From the IMG/VR virus record IMGVR_UViG_3300037400_006466, positions 44,098-108,097 of that record: 64,000 bases of DNA; one strand, given 5' to 3'. How positions within the stretch are numbered: position 1 is the first letter of the stretch; every line of letters begins with the position of its first letter. The position numbers and the translations under genes were made by a program. Origin of the DNA: a virus. Lineage: Duplodnaviria > Heunggongvirae > Uroviricota > Caudoviricetes. A model generated the notes under the pieces. It saw only the letters and a program-made list of their open reading frames with translations, was not told where the DNA came from and did no database searches. Shown piece after piece: positions 39,273-49,018 of the stretch.

Positions 39273-39338
39273 CCCTCTTGTGGGGAGCTCCTTTGATTAC
39301 TAATTACAATATACTTTTGAAAATAAGGACAACGTTAT

Positions 39339-41039
39339 ATGAAGGTCAAATTAAAAGAATCTTTCAAGATAAAGCCTGATGGAACTTTGGATTGGGAGTC
39401 CATGACTCCTGAGGAAGAGGCTAGATTCAGGAAGGACCTTGCTGAGTGGAGAAAGGATAACATGGCTGAATTCGGCACTGCAAGTGACGACGGCGAGGAC
39501 ATCTATGACCTCGTGAATGACAATTATCATAACCCTCATGAGAATGATGAGAACTGGGACCTGAATGACCATGGTGAGGAACTTCTGACTGATTTCAGGG
39601 AGATACCTGATTCAGAGGATTATGAAGAAGCCATATATGAGAGTCTTAACAGAAGAAAGCCTGTGATACTCAAGGAATACACCCACTGGGAGGAGTATGG
39701 AGACGGATACTCTGACAGATACGGTGATTATGATGATGATTCAGACATCTATGAGGATGACCTTTATGATGATGACGGATATCTGGATGGTCTTGACTTC
39801 TATGGGGATGAGCCTCTTGAGAATGAGGACTTCTATGACACAGATGACTTTGAAGAGGATGAGCCTGCTGATAAGGAATCTGAGATAGGAGACAGCATCA
39901 TATATCCTGAGGACGATGATGCTGATGACTTTGAGGAGAGCAGAGTAAGGGAGGGATCTGAGCAGGGCCCTTTTTATGCAGTAGTCAACTACGGTAATAT
40001 AGGTGGAACTCCCTATGCTTACGGACCCTACGACTCCAAAGAGGACGCCAAGGAGAAGGCCAGAGTCGTAAGACATTACTTCTCTCCTACAGACAGAACC
40101 TATTATCATGCATGGTGCAGGGTATATCCCAAGAAGTTCGTTGATACAATGGTATCCAAAGGAATGCTCAAGATACATGAGAGCAAGATGAAGGAAGCCA
40201 ATAAGGCCAAATATACCTCAGCTGAGGTACTGATGTACTTCAAGACCAGAGAGGACAGAGACAAGGCCTTCTCCATTCTTCTTGACCATGAGGAAGATGT
40301 ATATAAGTGTGATGCCCATTATACACCTGCTTTCCCAGGTTCTGAGGGTAAAGGCGCCATAGACAGAGCCATAATCATTTACTGTGACCTCTACGGGTCA
40401 TATGACATCGCCAAGAAGGATATCCTGGGTAAGGACAAGGCAGGACAGGATGTGGTGGTTCCTATCAGACATACCCAGTATGTAGAGATGGATGAGGAGG
40501 TCAATGAGTTCGTGGAGGATATGGCCTCACTTCTGCCAGTGGATGTAGTTGACTTTGAGTACAGAGGTGTTCTTGATGAATCAAAGAAGATGTCTAACAG
40601 ACTCAGAGAGGGTGGAGACATTGCCTACATCTTTGATGAGGAAGGGCTCAAGAGCTCAGGAATCTATGATAAGTTGATTGAAGTCTATGGACAGAGGATT
40701 GCAGATATCTTCTTGGATTGGGTAAAGTCACCAGAGTACAAGGATGGAAGATTTGTCATAACCTATGAGTGGGGTCCTGAGAGCGCCACAATATCTGCTT
40801 CAGATTTGATGGATTTTGATATGGCCCCTTATTGTGCTGAGTTGTTCAGTGAGCTCAGGGGAACTCCTGGAATCAAGTTCAATGACAGTCTTTTCGGAAG
40901 TTTCATGTCCAAATCATACATGGAAAGAGCACTTGTAAAGATTGAGAATACTCCTGAAGATGTGAGATTCATGGACAAGTCTGGTCCCATGAACCACCTC
41001 AATGGAGATATAAGTATGTTTGAGGATGGTGAGATCTAA
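39339..41039 (+). CDS. Acidic modular polyprotein-like putative internal head protein
   Basis: ACTAATT at 39299; linkers KLKE-S, IYE-SLNRRKPVILKE, FEE-SRVRE, IHE-SKMKE, LDE-SKKMSNRLRE. Confidence 0.7.
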   Translation: MKVKLKESFKIKPDGTLDWESMTPEEEARFRKDLAEWRKDNMAEFGTASDDGEDIYDLVNDNYHNPHENDENWDLNDHGEELLTDFREIPDSEDYEEAIYESLNRRKPVILKEYTHWEEYGDGYSDRYGDYDDDSDIYEDDLYDDDGYLDGLDFYGDEPLENEDFYDTDDFEEDEPADKESEIGDSIIYPEDDDADDFEESRVREGSEQGPFYAVVNYGNIGGTPYAYGPYDSKEDAKEKARVVRHYFSPTDRTYYHAWCRVYPKKFVDTMVSKGMLKIHESKMKEANKAKYTSAEVLMYFKTREDRDKAFSILLDHEEDVYKCDAHYTPAFPGSEGKGAIDRAIIIYCDLYGSYDIAKKDILGKDKAGQDVVVPIRHTQYVEMDEEVNEFVEDMASLLPVDVVDFEYRGVLDESKKMSNRLREGGDIAYIFDEEGLKSSGIYDKLIEVYGQRIADIFLDWVKSPEYKDGRFVITYEWGPESATISASDLMDFDMAPYCAELFSELRGTPGIKFNDSLFGSFMSKSYMERALVKIENTPEDVRFMDKSGPMNHLNGDISMFEDGEI

Positions 41040-41060
41040 GAATTAAGGAGATTACATATA

Positions 41061-43712
41061 ATGGGTAAGATTATAAATCCTGTATCATACAGGAAGATGG
41101 CTGAGAAGTTCACCAGACCTGCATATTCTTATAGCAGAATCAAGGAAGGTGTAGGTGCAGGTTATCAGCTGACTTTCATTGACATAAAGCTCACAAATGT
41201 CAAGGTAGGAAAGACAGAGAAAGACGGAGATGGATTCAATGTAGCCAAGTTCACCGCTGATATAGTTCCAGGAAGGTACGGATGGCATGCTGACCATCCT
41301 TATTGGACTGCCGCTTCCAAGGGTAATCCTGATCCCTATAACTTTGACAGTTCTGATAATCCATTTGTTTCCAAAGCTGTTATCACAGGTGGAAAAGTAG
41401 AAGGTACTTGTGATGATGGTGGTACTGCATGGCGTTCAGAAGGTTCTCCATGGAGTGAGGAGCAGTTCATTAAGGAGATTGAAAGTGAGGAATTCATCAT
41501 CCAGGATTCCTATAGTGGTGGATGGGTTCTTTCTTCCATGAAAGATACTCTTGAATGGGAAAACGAAGTCAGGCCTGGTTATGAGAAATATATAGATGAC
41601 ACTCCTTCAGAGAGGGGTAATCTTGCAGTAATTGAAAAGATATCCTTCAATTTTGACCCTGAATGGGTTATGGACTACAATGAAGCCATTAATTATGCCA
41701 TGAATCCAGATGAGTATAAGGAAGATGAGTGGGATGATGAAGAGGATGAGTGGGATGACGCAGATGATGATGAATCCCCTGCTTTCTATGATGATCCTGA
41801 TAGTGGAAGGCAGTGGTATGAGTCCAGGAGACATCCAGACCCTGACAAGTGGAAGAAAGGAGACTGGGTTATCTATAAGGGTAAAAGATATGTGACTTCC
41901 TTGTTTATGGGTGGAGACATGGTAAAACTTGAAAGCCCCGATGAATCAATTGTAGTTCCTCAGTCTGAGGTTTATAAAGCCACTAAAAAGGACATCTATG
42001 GTGAATCCAAGATGAGAGAATATTCCTCATCAAGAAGTATAAAGAACTATAAGCCTCAACATGACTTCAAAAAGACAAAGAAGTATCAGGATGATGAGGG
42101 TTTAGTAGGTGATATCGTCAAGATAGTCGGAGTAGAATGTGGGAACAGCGCTGTTCCTGCCAGCAGAAGAGGTCTTTTAGGTGTCAAATATGATTTTTCA
42201 AAGAGACCTGAGTTCAAAGACTATAAGAAGAAAGGTCTGGAGCAGGAGTTCTCTGATTTCAAGAACGCCTTAGGACATAAGGGAGAGATAGTGAAGACTC
42301 TTCCTGAGAACAGCCATATCAAGAAGTCTTTCATCATAAAGGTTCTTGATGGTCCATCCAAGGATAAGGAGTTTGAGTTCTATCCAGGTGAGTTCTATGT
42401 AATCAAGGGCAGGCTGGATAACAAGTATAGATTCAGAAACTATGAGGAATCCAAGAAAGAATCCAAGTCAGAGGACATCAAGTATCTGAAGTATCTTCTC
42501 AGAAAAGAAGAAGTTACTGCTCTTGATGATGAGGAGAGATGGGAACTTCAGGACCTTATAAACAAATATGGATATCCTGAGGGATATGATGAGTCCAAGG
42601 AGTTCACTGGTAAGAAGCTCAAGGAAGATGCACTGTCTTCTCAGGTAAGACAGAGTGTCCTTGACGTTCAGGCAGCCAAGAAGCAGGTGAATGAGGATGT
42701 CGCTGTTCTTGACAAGAAAGTTGATAAGGTATCCAATGACCTTGTTAGAATCGCAACAAACAGAAGGGATGTCATATCTGAGGCTAAGACAAGATTCGTT
42801 GAGTTGGATTCCCCTCTTAAGATATTAGGCAACGGAAAGATTGATGAGATTGAGGTCAAGAAGATTCTGAGGAAGTTGGCCGCTGACAGGATATTGAGGG
42901 TCAATGCTCACTATAATATCAAGGATTCTGAGGGTAAAGTAACCTATTGGGATTTCCTTCACAGCCAGGATGAAGAATATCAGTATGTTTTTGTACAGGA
43001 GATGACAGGAAATTACTGTTATTCCAATATGCTATATCTGAACAAGAAAAAGGGTAAGATTGATCTTAAGAACACAAAATGGTCATCTTATGAGATTCCT
43101 GAGGACTGCTATGACAGGTACAAGATGACTGAAGCCTCAAGGCTTACACATAAGATTGTACTCAAGCCTGAGAACTCAGGTTACAGACTCACATATCCTG
43201 ATAAGCTCAGATTCCATTCAAAGGAAGATGCAGAGAATAAGCTGGCCAAGATGAATGCATCCATGGGTTCAAGACTTGCCTCCAAAGGACTTCATCTGGA
43301 GATTGAGGAGATTCCTTATACTCCGAGACCTAGGGACACAAGGACACAGGACCCTGATTATGAGAATCCCTTTGAGGTAGGTGATATCCTTGAGGGTGAT
43401 TTCGGATATTCCATGATTCTTCCTGTGTGGGTGCAGGTCATATCAAAGACAGCCAAGACAGTCACAGTCAGAAGGCTGGAGGATAAGGTGGTATCCCATG
43501 ACGGATATGGTCAGGCAGGAACAAAGCGTCCTATTCCCAATTCCTTTGCAAAGGGATGGGGAGACTCCTATGAGGAGAAGAAATGCATAGTCAAGAAGGG
43601 ATATAACAGAGACAAGAGTGATAATCCCAAGAAGGACTATTTCATACTGTTCGAAGGCAAGATACTCCGCATATGGGATGGAGAGGATAGAGACTTCGAT
43701 ACCTATGACTGA
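41061..43712 (+). CDS. Large modular polyprotein-like putative internal head protein
   Basis: Linkers RIKE-G, WYE-SRR, YGE-SKMRE, YEE-SKKE-S, YDE-SKEFTGKKLKE, ISE-A, MTE-A; several SH3-like modules (WKKGDWV, GLVGDIV, FEVGDIL). Confidence 0.7.
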   Translation: MGKIINPVSYRKMAEKFTRPAYSYSRIKEGVGAGYQLTFIDIKLTNVKVGKTEKDGDGFNVAKFTADIVPGRYGWHADHPYWTAASKGNPDPYNFDSSDNPFVSKAVITGGKVEGTCDDGGTAWRSEGSPWSEEQFIKEIESEEFIIQDSYSGGWVLSSMKDTLEWENEVRPGYEKYIDDTPSERGNLAVIEKISFNFDPEWVMDYNEAINYAMNPDEYKEDEWDDEEDEWDDADDDESPAFYDDPDSGRQWYESRRHPDPDKWKKGDWVIYKGKRYVTSLFMGGDMVKLESPDESIVVPQSEVYKATKKDIYGESKMREYSSSRSIKNYKPQHDFKKTKKYQDDEGLVGDIVKIVGVECGNSAVPASRRGLLGVKYDFSKRPEFKDYKKKGLEQEFSDFKNALGHKGEIVKTLPENSHIKKSFIIKVLDGPSKDKEFEFYPGEFYVIKGRLDNKYRFRNYEESKKESKSEDIKYLKYLLRKEEVTALDDEERWELQDLINKYGYPEGYDESKEFTGKKLKEDALSSQVRQSVLDVQAAKKQVNEDVAVLDKKVDKVSNDLVRIATNRRDVISEAKTRFVELDSPLKILGNGKIDEIEVKKILRKLAADRILRVNAHYNIKDSEGKVTYWDFLHSQDEEYQYVFVQEMTGNYCYSNMLYLNKKKGKIDLKNTKWSSYEIPEDCYDRYKMTEASRLTHKIVLKPENSGYRLTYPDKLRFHSKEDAENKLAKMNASMGSRLASKGLHLEIEEIPYTPRPRDTRTQDPDYENPFEVGDILEGDFGYSMILPVWVQVISKTAKTVTVRRLEDKVVSHDGYGQAGTKRPIPNSFAKGWGDSYEEKKCIVKKGYNRDKSDNPKKDYFILFEGKILRIWDGEDRDFDTYD

Positions 43713-43734
43713 TAGGATATAATTGATAAAAAAT

Positions 43735-43760
43735 AAACCCCTCATATGAGGGGTTATTTA
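43735..43760. terminator. Bidirectional terminator
   Basis: AACCCCTCA-TA-TGAGGGGTT between convergent genes. Confidence 0.8.
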
Positions 43761-43779
43761 TTTGCCTTTTCAGCAATCA

Positions 43780-45102
43780 TCAGATGTAGTGTGCTCCGCA
43801 GACCGGACAATCTGTGGCCTCAAGGGGACTCAGTGACCCGCAGGTGGGGCAAGTTGCCAGCTGTGACTTAGGACGTGTCCATCCTATGTTGTAGTAGAGA
43901 TCAGGTCTCTTGACCTCCTCCTTTCCCTGATAGACTCCCTTCTCAACTGAAGTCACCATTGCCTTGAGTTCATCAGATATCTTATCAGGATAGGGGAGAC
44001 TCTCCCAAGGAGCAGCGCTGACAGCGGTTCTTCTTGCAGGAGCCTCTACAGTGGTCTCTACAACGGGTGTCTCAGGTGTGAATGAGGGGATATCAGTATC
44101 CTCGAAGGTTCCTGTCTCCTCTTTGACCTCATCATCTGTCTCCTCACCTCTGTTGTACATTTCATCAAAGAGCTCCTTCTCCTTATCTACAAGGGCCTTG
44201 AGCTCTACGCTGAAGTCTGTTCCAAGGGCTGCGTCGATTCTGCCGATGGTCTTCTTCAGTCTGTTGTAGATCTTGGTGGCTGTTGTGACCCTGAAAAGCT
44301 TGTCAAGGTCATATCTCTCCCAAGACTTTTCCTCATCAGTGAGGTGGTCAGTCATGCTGATGTACTGGGCTGCAGGTCCGTCAACTCTCTCAGGATTCTT
44401 GGTGGCATTGTCAATGATGTATGCCTTCTCCTTGCTTCCTGTTCTGGTGATGGCGATGTCATAGTTCTCCCATGACTTGTAGTACTTGAAGAGCTGAGGG
44501 AACTCAGACTCAACTGAGTACCATGAGATTCCTTCGTCAGGCCACTCATTTCCATTGGCATCAACATTGACTGACTTGGCGAGAAGCATGGTGTGCTTGT
44601 GCTCTCTGTGCCAATCCATCTGCTCTCTGTCAATGACATTGGCGATAAGGACTTCCTTACCTACCCATCCCTTGTCGAAAAGGGCTCTTTTGTCATCTTT
44701 GGTGAGTCCGTTCTTGTCAATGAGATTGTAGATCTCAGGATACTTGTCCTTGACAGGATAGGTCTTTTCCTTGTTTACCCAAACTGCCTTCTTGACCTTT
44801 GAGATAATCTTGTTGAGGATGTAATCAGGGTCTTCATCGTAGGAGGGTCTGACTACGCGGAACTTCTTACCCTCATCGTCTACAATCCTTGCGATTGTGA
44901 CTTTTCTTGCTGTATAGGCATCAAGGCCTGTACCATAAAGAGGTCCCACGAATCTGAGTACCTTAGGAACATTGGGTTCCAGGCCTGTGTATTTGACCTC
45001 TTCATAATTCTTTGTGAATCCACCATTGTTCTTCTTGGTGGCCTTGTCCTGCTCCGCCTTCTTGGCGTAAGCCTCAAACATGCTGTCTAGTTCGTTTGCC
45101 AT
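43780..45102 (-). CDS. gp32-like single-stranded DNA-binding protein with C-terminal double Zn ribbon
   Basis: VLRFVG, IANVIDR, YDIAITRTG, acidic linker, C-terminal CPTCG....CPVCG. Confidence 0.65.
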   Translation of the reverse strand: MANELDSMFEAYAKKAEQDKATKKNNGGFTKNYEEVKYTGLEPNVPKVLRFVGPLYGTGLDAYTARKVTIARIVDDEGKKFRVVRPSYDEDPDYILNKIISKVKKAVWVNKEKTYPVKDKYPEIYNLIDKNGLTKDDKRALFDKGWVGKEVLIANVIDREQMDWHREHKHTMLLAKSVNVDANGNEWPDEGISWYSVESEFPQLFKYYKSWENYDIAITRTGSKEKAYIIDNATKNPERVDGPAAQYISMTDHLTDEEKSWERYDLDKLFRVTTATKIYNRLKKTIGRIDAALGTDFSVELKALVDKEKELFDEMYNRGEETDDEVKEETGTFEDTDIPSFTPETPVVETTVEAPARRTAVSAAPWESLPYPDKISDELKAMVTSVEKGVYQGKEEVKRPDLYYNIGWTRPKSQLATCPTCGSLSPLEATDCPVCGAHYI

Positions 45103-45231
45103 GTTTAATTCTCCTATTGACCTCTTAGGGTCTTGTTTAATCTAGATGTGGTCTTTGCCACTTCACATATAATATAATATGGTCTAATCATAATTAGTTA
45201 TTATTTTCCTTTTTCAACTAATTTTTATGTT

Positions 45232-45909
45232 ATGAATTATGGACAATTGAAAAGAATATATGAAACTAAACCTAATGATTCAAAGAGGTTAAGGGAATGG
45301 ATGACCTTGGCTGACCTGAATGTAGGTGAAGCAACTTCTCCTTTTACAAAACAGAAAAGAGCAATAAGAACTGCTTTATACAAAGGGGAGAATGTAACTT
45401 CCAGAATTGTCCAAGGAACTTATGACAAGAACGATGACTCAATGACCTTTGAGTTCGTCACTCCCGCCACCGTCAAGGCTTATGAGCCTGGGACAAAGTT
45501 CCAGAAAACAGACCCTCATAACAATTTCCAGCTTGTTCCCAACAATGAGAAAAAGTATCATATGTATGTCAAGATACTCAATTTTCTTGAGCTATTGAGA
45601 GGAACCAGACCAGATTCCCTGGAATCCTCTCCCATAACATGGAAGGAGATAAAGGATGTTCTGGAGACCGCTTACATACAGCTTTTCTGTGATGACCCCA
45701 GCTTCCAATATCAGACGGCCAACTGGTCATTGAGTCAGGTTGATGCATCCATTTATCCCACAAACATACCCCCCAGAAAATGGAACAAGATACATGGGAC
45801 AGACAATTTCCTTTGTAAGCATCTCAAGGGATTACTTGACCAGCTGGGATTCTTCCTTAATCAGATGGCAAGCGTGGCCACCAAGATAGTGAAAACACAA
45901 AACCTTTAA
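45232..45909 (+). CDS. SWIM-like Zn-finger phage protein
   Basis: FCDDPSFQY...PPRKWN...LCKHL; ACTAATT at 45217. Confidence 0.65.
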   Translation: MNYGQLKRIYETKPNDSKRLREWMTLADLNVGEATSPFTKQKRAIRTALYKGENVTSRIVQGTYDKNDDSMTFEFVTPATVKAYEPGTKFQKTDPHNNFQLVPNNEKKYHMYVKILNFLELLRGTRPDSLESSPITWKEIKDVLETAYIQLFCDDPSFQYQTANWSLSQVDASIYPTNIPPRKWNKIHGTDNFLCKHLKGLLDQLGFFLNQMASVATKIVKTQNL

Positions 45910-45929
45910 TACAAATACAGGAGAAATAT

Positions 45930-46757
45930 ATGAGTTCATGGAAAAACGAATCTGTTGAATACAGAAACAGACTGTGTGAGAGATATGGTGTCATAGAGGA
46001 GAAGTTTGATAAACAGGCTTTCAATGAAGACCCTATCGCATATTTTGAATCAATAAATTATGAGCTTCATGGTACAGAATGGATTTCTGCCATGTGGAAT
46101 CTTCTGAAGTTGGCTAAAACTGATAGTAGTCTTGTTAAAAAGCAACTTGGACCCAACGGACAGAAGGTAGCTCAGATTCTGAAGAAAATAGTGGATAAGA
46201 ATCCTACCCTTAAGGCTTTGGTTACAGAAAAGCAGAAGTCTATGACTCCTGAAATAGAAGCCTCCTCAGATAAGATTCTTATGGCTGAGGGCTCTTCCCT
46301 TTTGAAGAAGTATGACAGATTACTTGATGGTAATGTCTTAAATGAAGGATTCAAGGATTGGTGGGGCAAAAAATCCACTAAAGCTAAAGTACTTATTATT
46401 GCAGGCATTATTGCTGCAATCTTGATAATCGCAGGTATCATCTATTATGTCACTACTAAGGACTCAGCTGGTGCTCAGGCTATGACTCAAACTGCTTCAA
46501 GTGTTGTAGGGAATGCATCACAAACAGCACAAGAAGTCTCAGAGGTAGCAACAAAGGCTCTTTCTAATAAGGAAGTTTCTCTTACAGGAAAGCTTGCTTA
46601 TTATATTCTTAAAAATCCAGAACTTAAGTCACAATGGGTTCAAAAAGCAGGTGCAGAAGCTAGTAATACTCAATCTTTAACACAATATATTCTTAATATG
46701 TGTAAACAAGGATGGAATATTGTAAAGTATGCAACTGACATTGGAATGAATGTTTGA
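45930..46757 (+). CDS. Single-TM late protein with protease-type sites
   Basis: TM VLIIAGIIAAILIIAGIIYYV preceded by VLNE-G; starts MSSWKNE-S. Confidence 0.65.
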   Translation: MSSWKNESVEYRNRLCERYGVIEEKFDKQAFNEDPIAYFESINYELHGTEWISAMWNLLKLAKTDSSLVKKQLGPNGQKVAQILKKIVDKNPTLKALVTEKQKSMTPEIEASSDKILMAEGSSLLKKYDRLLDGNVLNEGFKDWWGKKSTKAKVLIIAGIIAAILIIAGIIYYVTTKDSAGAQAMTQTASSVVGNASQTAQEVSEVATKALSNKEVSLTGKLAYYILKNPELKSQWVQKAGAEASNTQSLTQYILNMCKQGWNIVKYATDIGMNV

Positions 46758-46775
46758 GAATTAGAAAAAAAAACA

Positions 46776-46800
46776 AAACCCCTCGATTTCGAGGGGTTTA
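46776..46800. terminator. Bidirectional terminator
   Basis: AAACCCCTCGA-TT-TCGAGGGGTTT. Confidence 0.8.
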
Positions 46801-46819
46801 ATTTTTAGTAATCAGAAAA

Positions 46820-47032
46820 TTACTCTTCTTCCTTGTCCATTACACTTGGGAAGAAAGGCTGGTCTGTCTCAGCCTGCTTGAAGAAAGTCTGTCTGTAAGT
46901 TCCCATGGCCTTGCAGGGCTTTGTCATAGGAACAAAGAATTCAGCTTCAAGTTCCTCAGCTTTGGCCTGAAGGTCCTCAATGCTGTCAGCAAAGATTTCT
47001 TTTCTCTCAGGATATGTATAAACCTGTGTCAT
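46820..47032 (-). CDS. Small late protein, paralogue of 47104-47469
   Basis: KPCKAMGTYRQTFFK versus KPVKATGILTADFYK. Confidence 0.65.
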   Translation of the reverse strand: MTQVYTYPERKEIFADSIEDLQAKAEELEAEFFVPMTKPCKAMGTYRQTFFKQAETDQPFFPSVMDKEEE

Positions 47033-47103
47033 TTATTTCCCCCTTAAAAGATGAGGAGGCACAAGCCTCCCCATAATCGGTTAAGAATTAGAACTGGTTA
47101 AAC

Positions 47104-47469
47104 TCAGTCGTGGACAACTGTGTCAAAATCAGCAGGCTTGGGGTCTCCTTCCTTAACATAGCCTTCCTGACCCTCTGTAAGTCCCTTAGCTGTGTTGTAG
47201 GCAGCAGCCTCTGCAGCAGTCAGAGTAGCAGCTTCCTGCTGGTCATCACCGCCAGCACCTTCACCCTCCTCAGCTTCAGCAATGAGGCAAGCAGGAGTCT
47301 CTGGCTTCTTGTAGAAATCAGCAGTAAGGATACCGGTAGCCTTGACAGGCTTTCCTACAGCTTCAAAACCAGCTTCTTTGAGGGCTGCAATAGCTTCCTC
47401 AAACTTCTCAAAATCCTCAGCATCACACTTGATTGTAACTGTCTGAGGGAAAGTAGTTGTGTTAATCAT
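47104..47469 (-). CDS. Small late protein (possible virion decoration)
   Basis: ACTAATT (minus) at 47514-47520; RBS AAGGAG; Ala/Glu-rich; codon bias like the capsid gene. Confidence 0.65.
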   Translation of the reverse strand: MINTTTFPQTVTIKCDAEDFEKFEEAIAALKEAGFEAVGKPVKATGILTADFYKKPETPACLIAEAEEGEGAGGDDQQEAATLTAAEAAAYNTAKGLTEGQEGYVKEGDPKPADFDTVVHD

Positions 47470-47572
47470 GTTATAAGCTCCTTAACATATTTTTTTTTAG
47501 ATTAATCCTGTATAATTAGTGTAAATTAAAGGTTAAGATGATTGATACATCATACGGACTAATTCTTATTGA

Positions 47573-47881
47573 ATGACTTCACAACGTAAGAAGACAAAGT
47601 TCAGACAGTCTTACAAATGGAAAAGACTGAGGAACAAGTTGAAAGATGAACGGAAGTATGATGAGATTACTGGTGAGGAACTCTATCCAGGATGGAGTCT
47701 GCATCATGTGGATATGAATGAGGCTCATTATACCAATATATCAAATGAGAATAATTTCATGTGTCTTAACAGACAGACCCATGAATTCCTTCATTGGCTT
47801 TTAAGGCATTACAGAAAGAATCCTGATATATTGGACAGACTGAAGGATATCTGTGAGCATCACCAAGAGGTGAATAAATAA
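47573..47881 (+). CDS. Small HNH endonuclease
   Basis: FRQSYKWKRLR...LHHVD...N...CLNRQTH. Confidence 0.75.
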   Translation: MTSQRKKTKFRQSYKWKRLRNKLKDERKYDEITGEELYPGWSLHHVDMNEAHYTNISNENNFMCLNRQTHEFLHWLLRHYRKNPDILDRLKDICEHHQEVNK

Positions 47882-47908
47882 CCCCGCATTTCTGCGGGGT
47901 ATTTCTTT
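47881..47908. terminator. Bidirectional terminator
   Basis: ACCCCGCA-TTTC-TGCGGGGT. Confidence 0.8.
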
Positions 47909-47920
47909 TGGAGATACCAA

Positions 47921-49000
47921 TCAATCATTGGTGTCTGTTTCATCCCATGCACCAGAGGCAATCTCCTCATCAGAAAGTTCCTGCTCTCCGGTATCAAGGA
48001 TATTGTGTCCTGAGATTATTGCATTGACCTGCTTTTTGACTTCCTCATACATCTGTGGGTTATCATGAAGCCATGTCTTGACTGCTTCAAGTCCACAGAC
48101 CTTGACTCCGACCTCACCTGTTGTGTCATTAATCCAAGTATCATTGGAATAGTAGGCACCCTTCTGTGTGAGAAGTCCTAGGACTTTGAGGTAGTCGATA
48201 TACTCATCATCAGAGCTGATTCCTCCCTTGAAGTAGAGCTTGAGGTTGGCATCTCTCTTGGCTATACCTACCTTGTTCTTGGTGTTCCTTACACGGATAT
48301 CAAGACCGATAAGTTCCTTTGTCTTGGGGTCAAGGATATCACCTGTTCTTGTGACTCTTGCAGACCAAGATGAATAGAAAGCAGGTGCTCTACCACCAGT
48401 TCCCTTGAAATCGGGGCCATAGGTGGCTCCCATATTCACTCTTTCCTGTGAGAGAATGACAAGGGTGCATTTGTTGTTGTAGAGATATGGAATGACCATT
48501 CTCAGTCCAGCGGCAATTACAGCGGCTGTCTTACCACCAGAGAACCCTGAGAAAGCATCCTCAACTGCTGCCTTTGAGGCCATTGAGGTGATTGAGTCAA
48601 TCACTATGATTCCCACCTCACCTGATTCAGCCAAATCTCTGATAACATTGAATCCGTCCTCAGCACAAAGCGGTCTGAGTATCTGGAATCCCTCATCTAC
48701 ATTGAGTCCCATCTCCTCAGCATGAGAGGTGTCGAAGGTGTGCTCATAATCAAGGAAGATGGCCGCCTTTCCTGCCTTCTGTGTCTGCATACACAGATAT
48801 GTGGCAAGGGTTGTCTTACCACCGGACTCAGGTCCCTGCAGATAGAGGATTCTTCCCTCTGGCATACCACCACCGAAAGCATAGTTGAGTCCTGGAGATT
48901 CAAGGACAAGTCTTTCAATGACTCCTGCCTCTCTTGCACTCTTGATTTCAATCTTGTAATCTTTACCGATTTTCTCAAAAATCTTGTCTAATTTGCTCAT
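47921..49000 (-). CDS. recA: RecA/UvsX recombinase
   Basis: GGGMPEGRI, GPESGGKTT, FLDYEH, IVIDSI, TGGRA..FYSS, KNKV. Confidence 0.93.
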   Translation of the reverse strand: MSKLDKIFEKIGKDYKIEIKSAREAGVIERLVLESPGLNYAFGGGMPEGRILYLQGPESGGKTTLATYLCMQTQKAGKAAIFLDYEHTFDTSHAEEMGLNVDEGFQILRPLCAEDGFNVIRDLAESGEVGIIVIDSITSMASKAAVEDAFSGFSGGKTAAVIAAGLRMVIPYLYNNKCTLVILSQERVNMGATYGPDFKGTGGRAPAFYSSWSARVTRTGDILDPKTKELIGLDIRVRNTKNKVGIAKRDANLKLYFKGGISSDDEYIDYLKVLGLLTQKGAYYSNDTWINDTTGEVGVKVCGLEAVKTWLHDNPQMYEEVKKQVNAIISGHNILDTGEQELSDEEIASGAWDETDTND

Positions 49001-49018
49001 ATATAATTCCTTTATATA

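Noticed and set aside
39690-39940. GATGAT/GAGGAT-rich tracts as tandem repeats or a CRISPR-like array (also 15330-15800, 41710-41800)
   Set aside because: They are Asp/Glu low-complexity coding sequence with no fixed repeat-spacer periodicity
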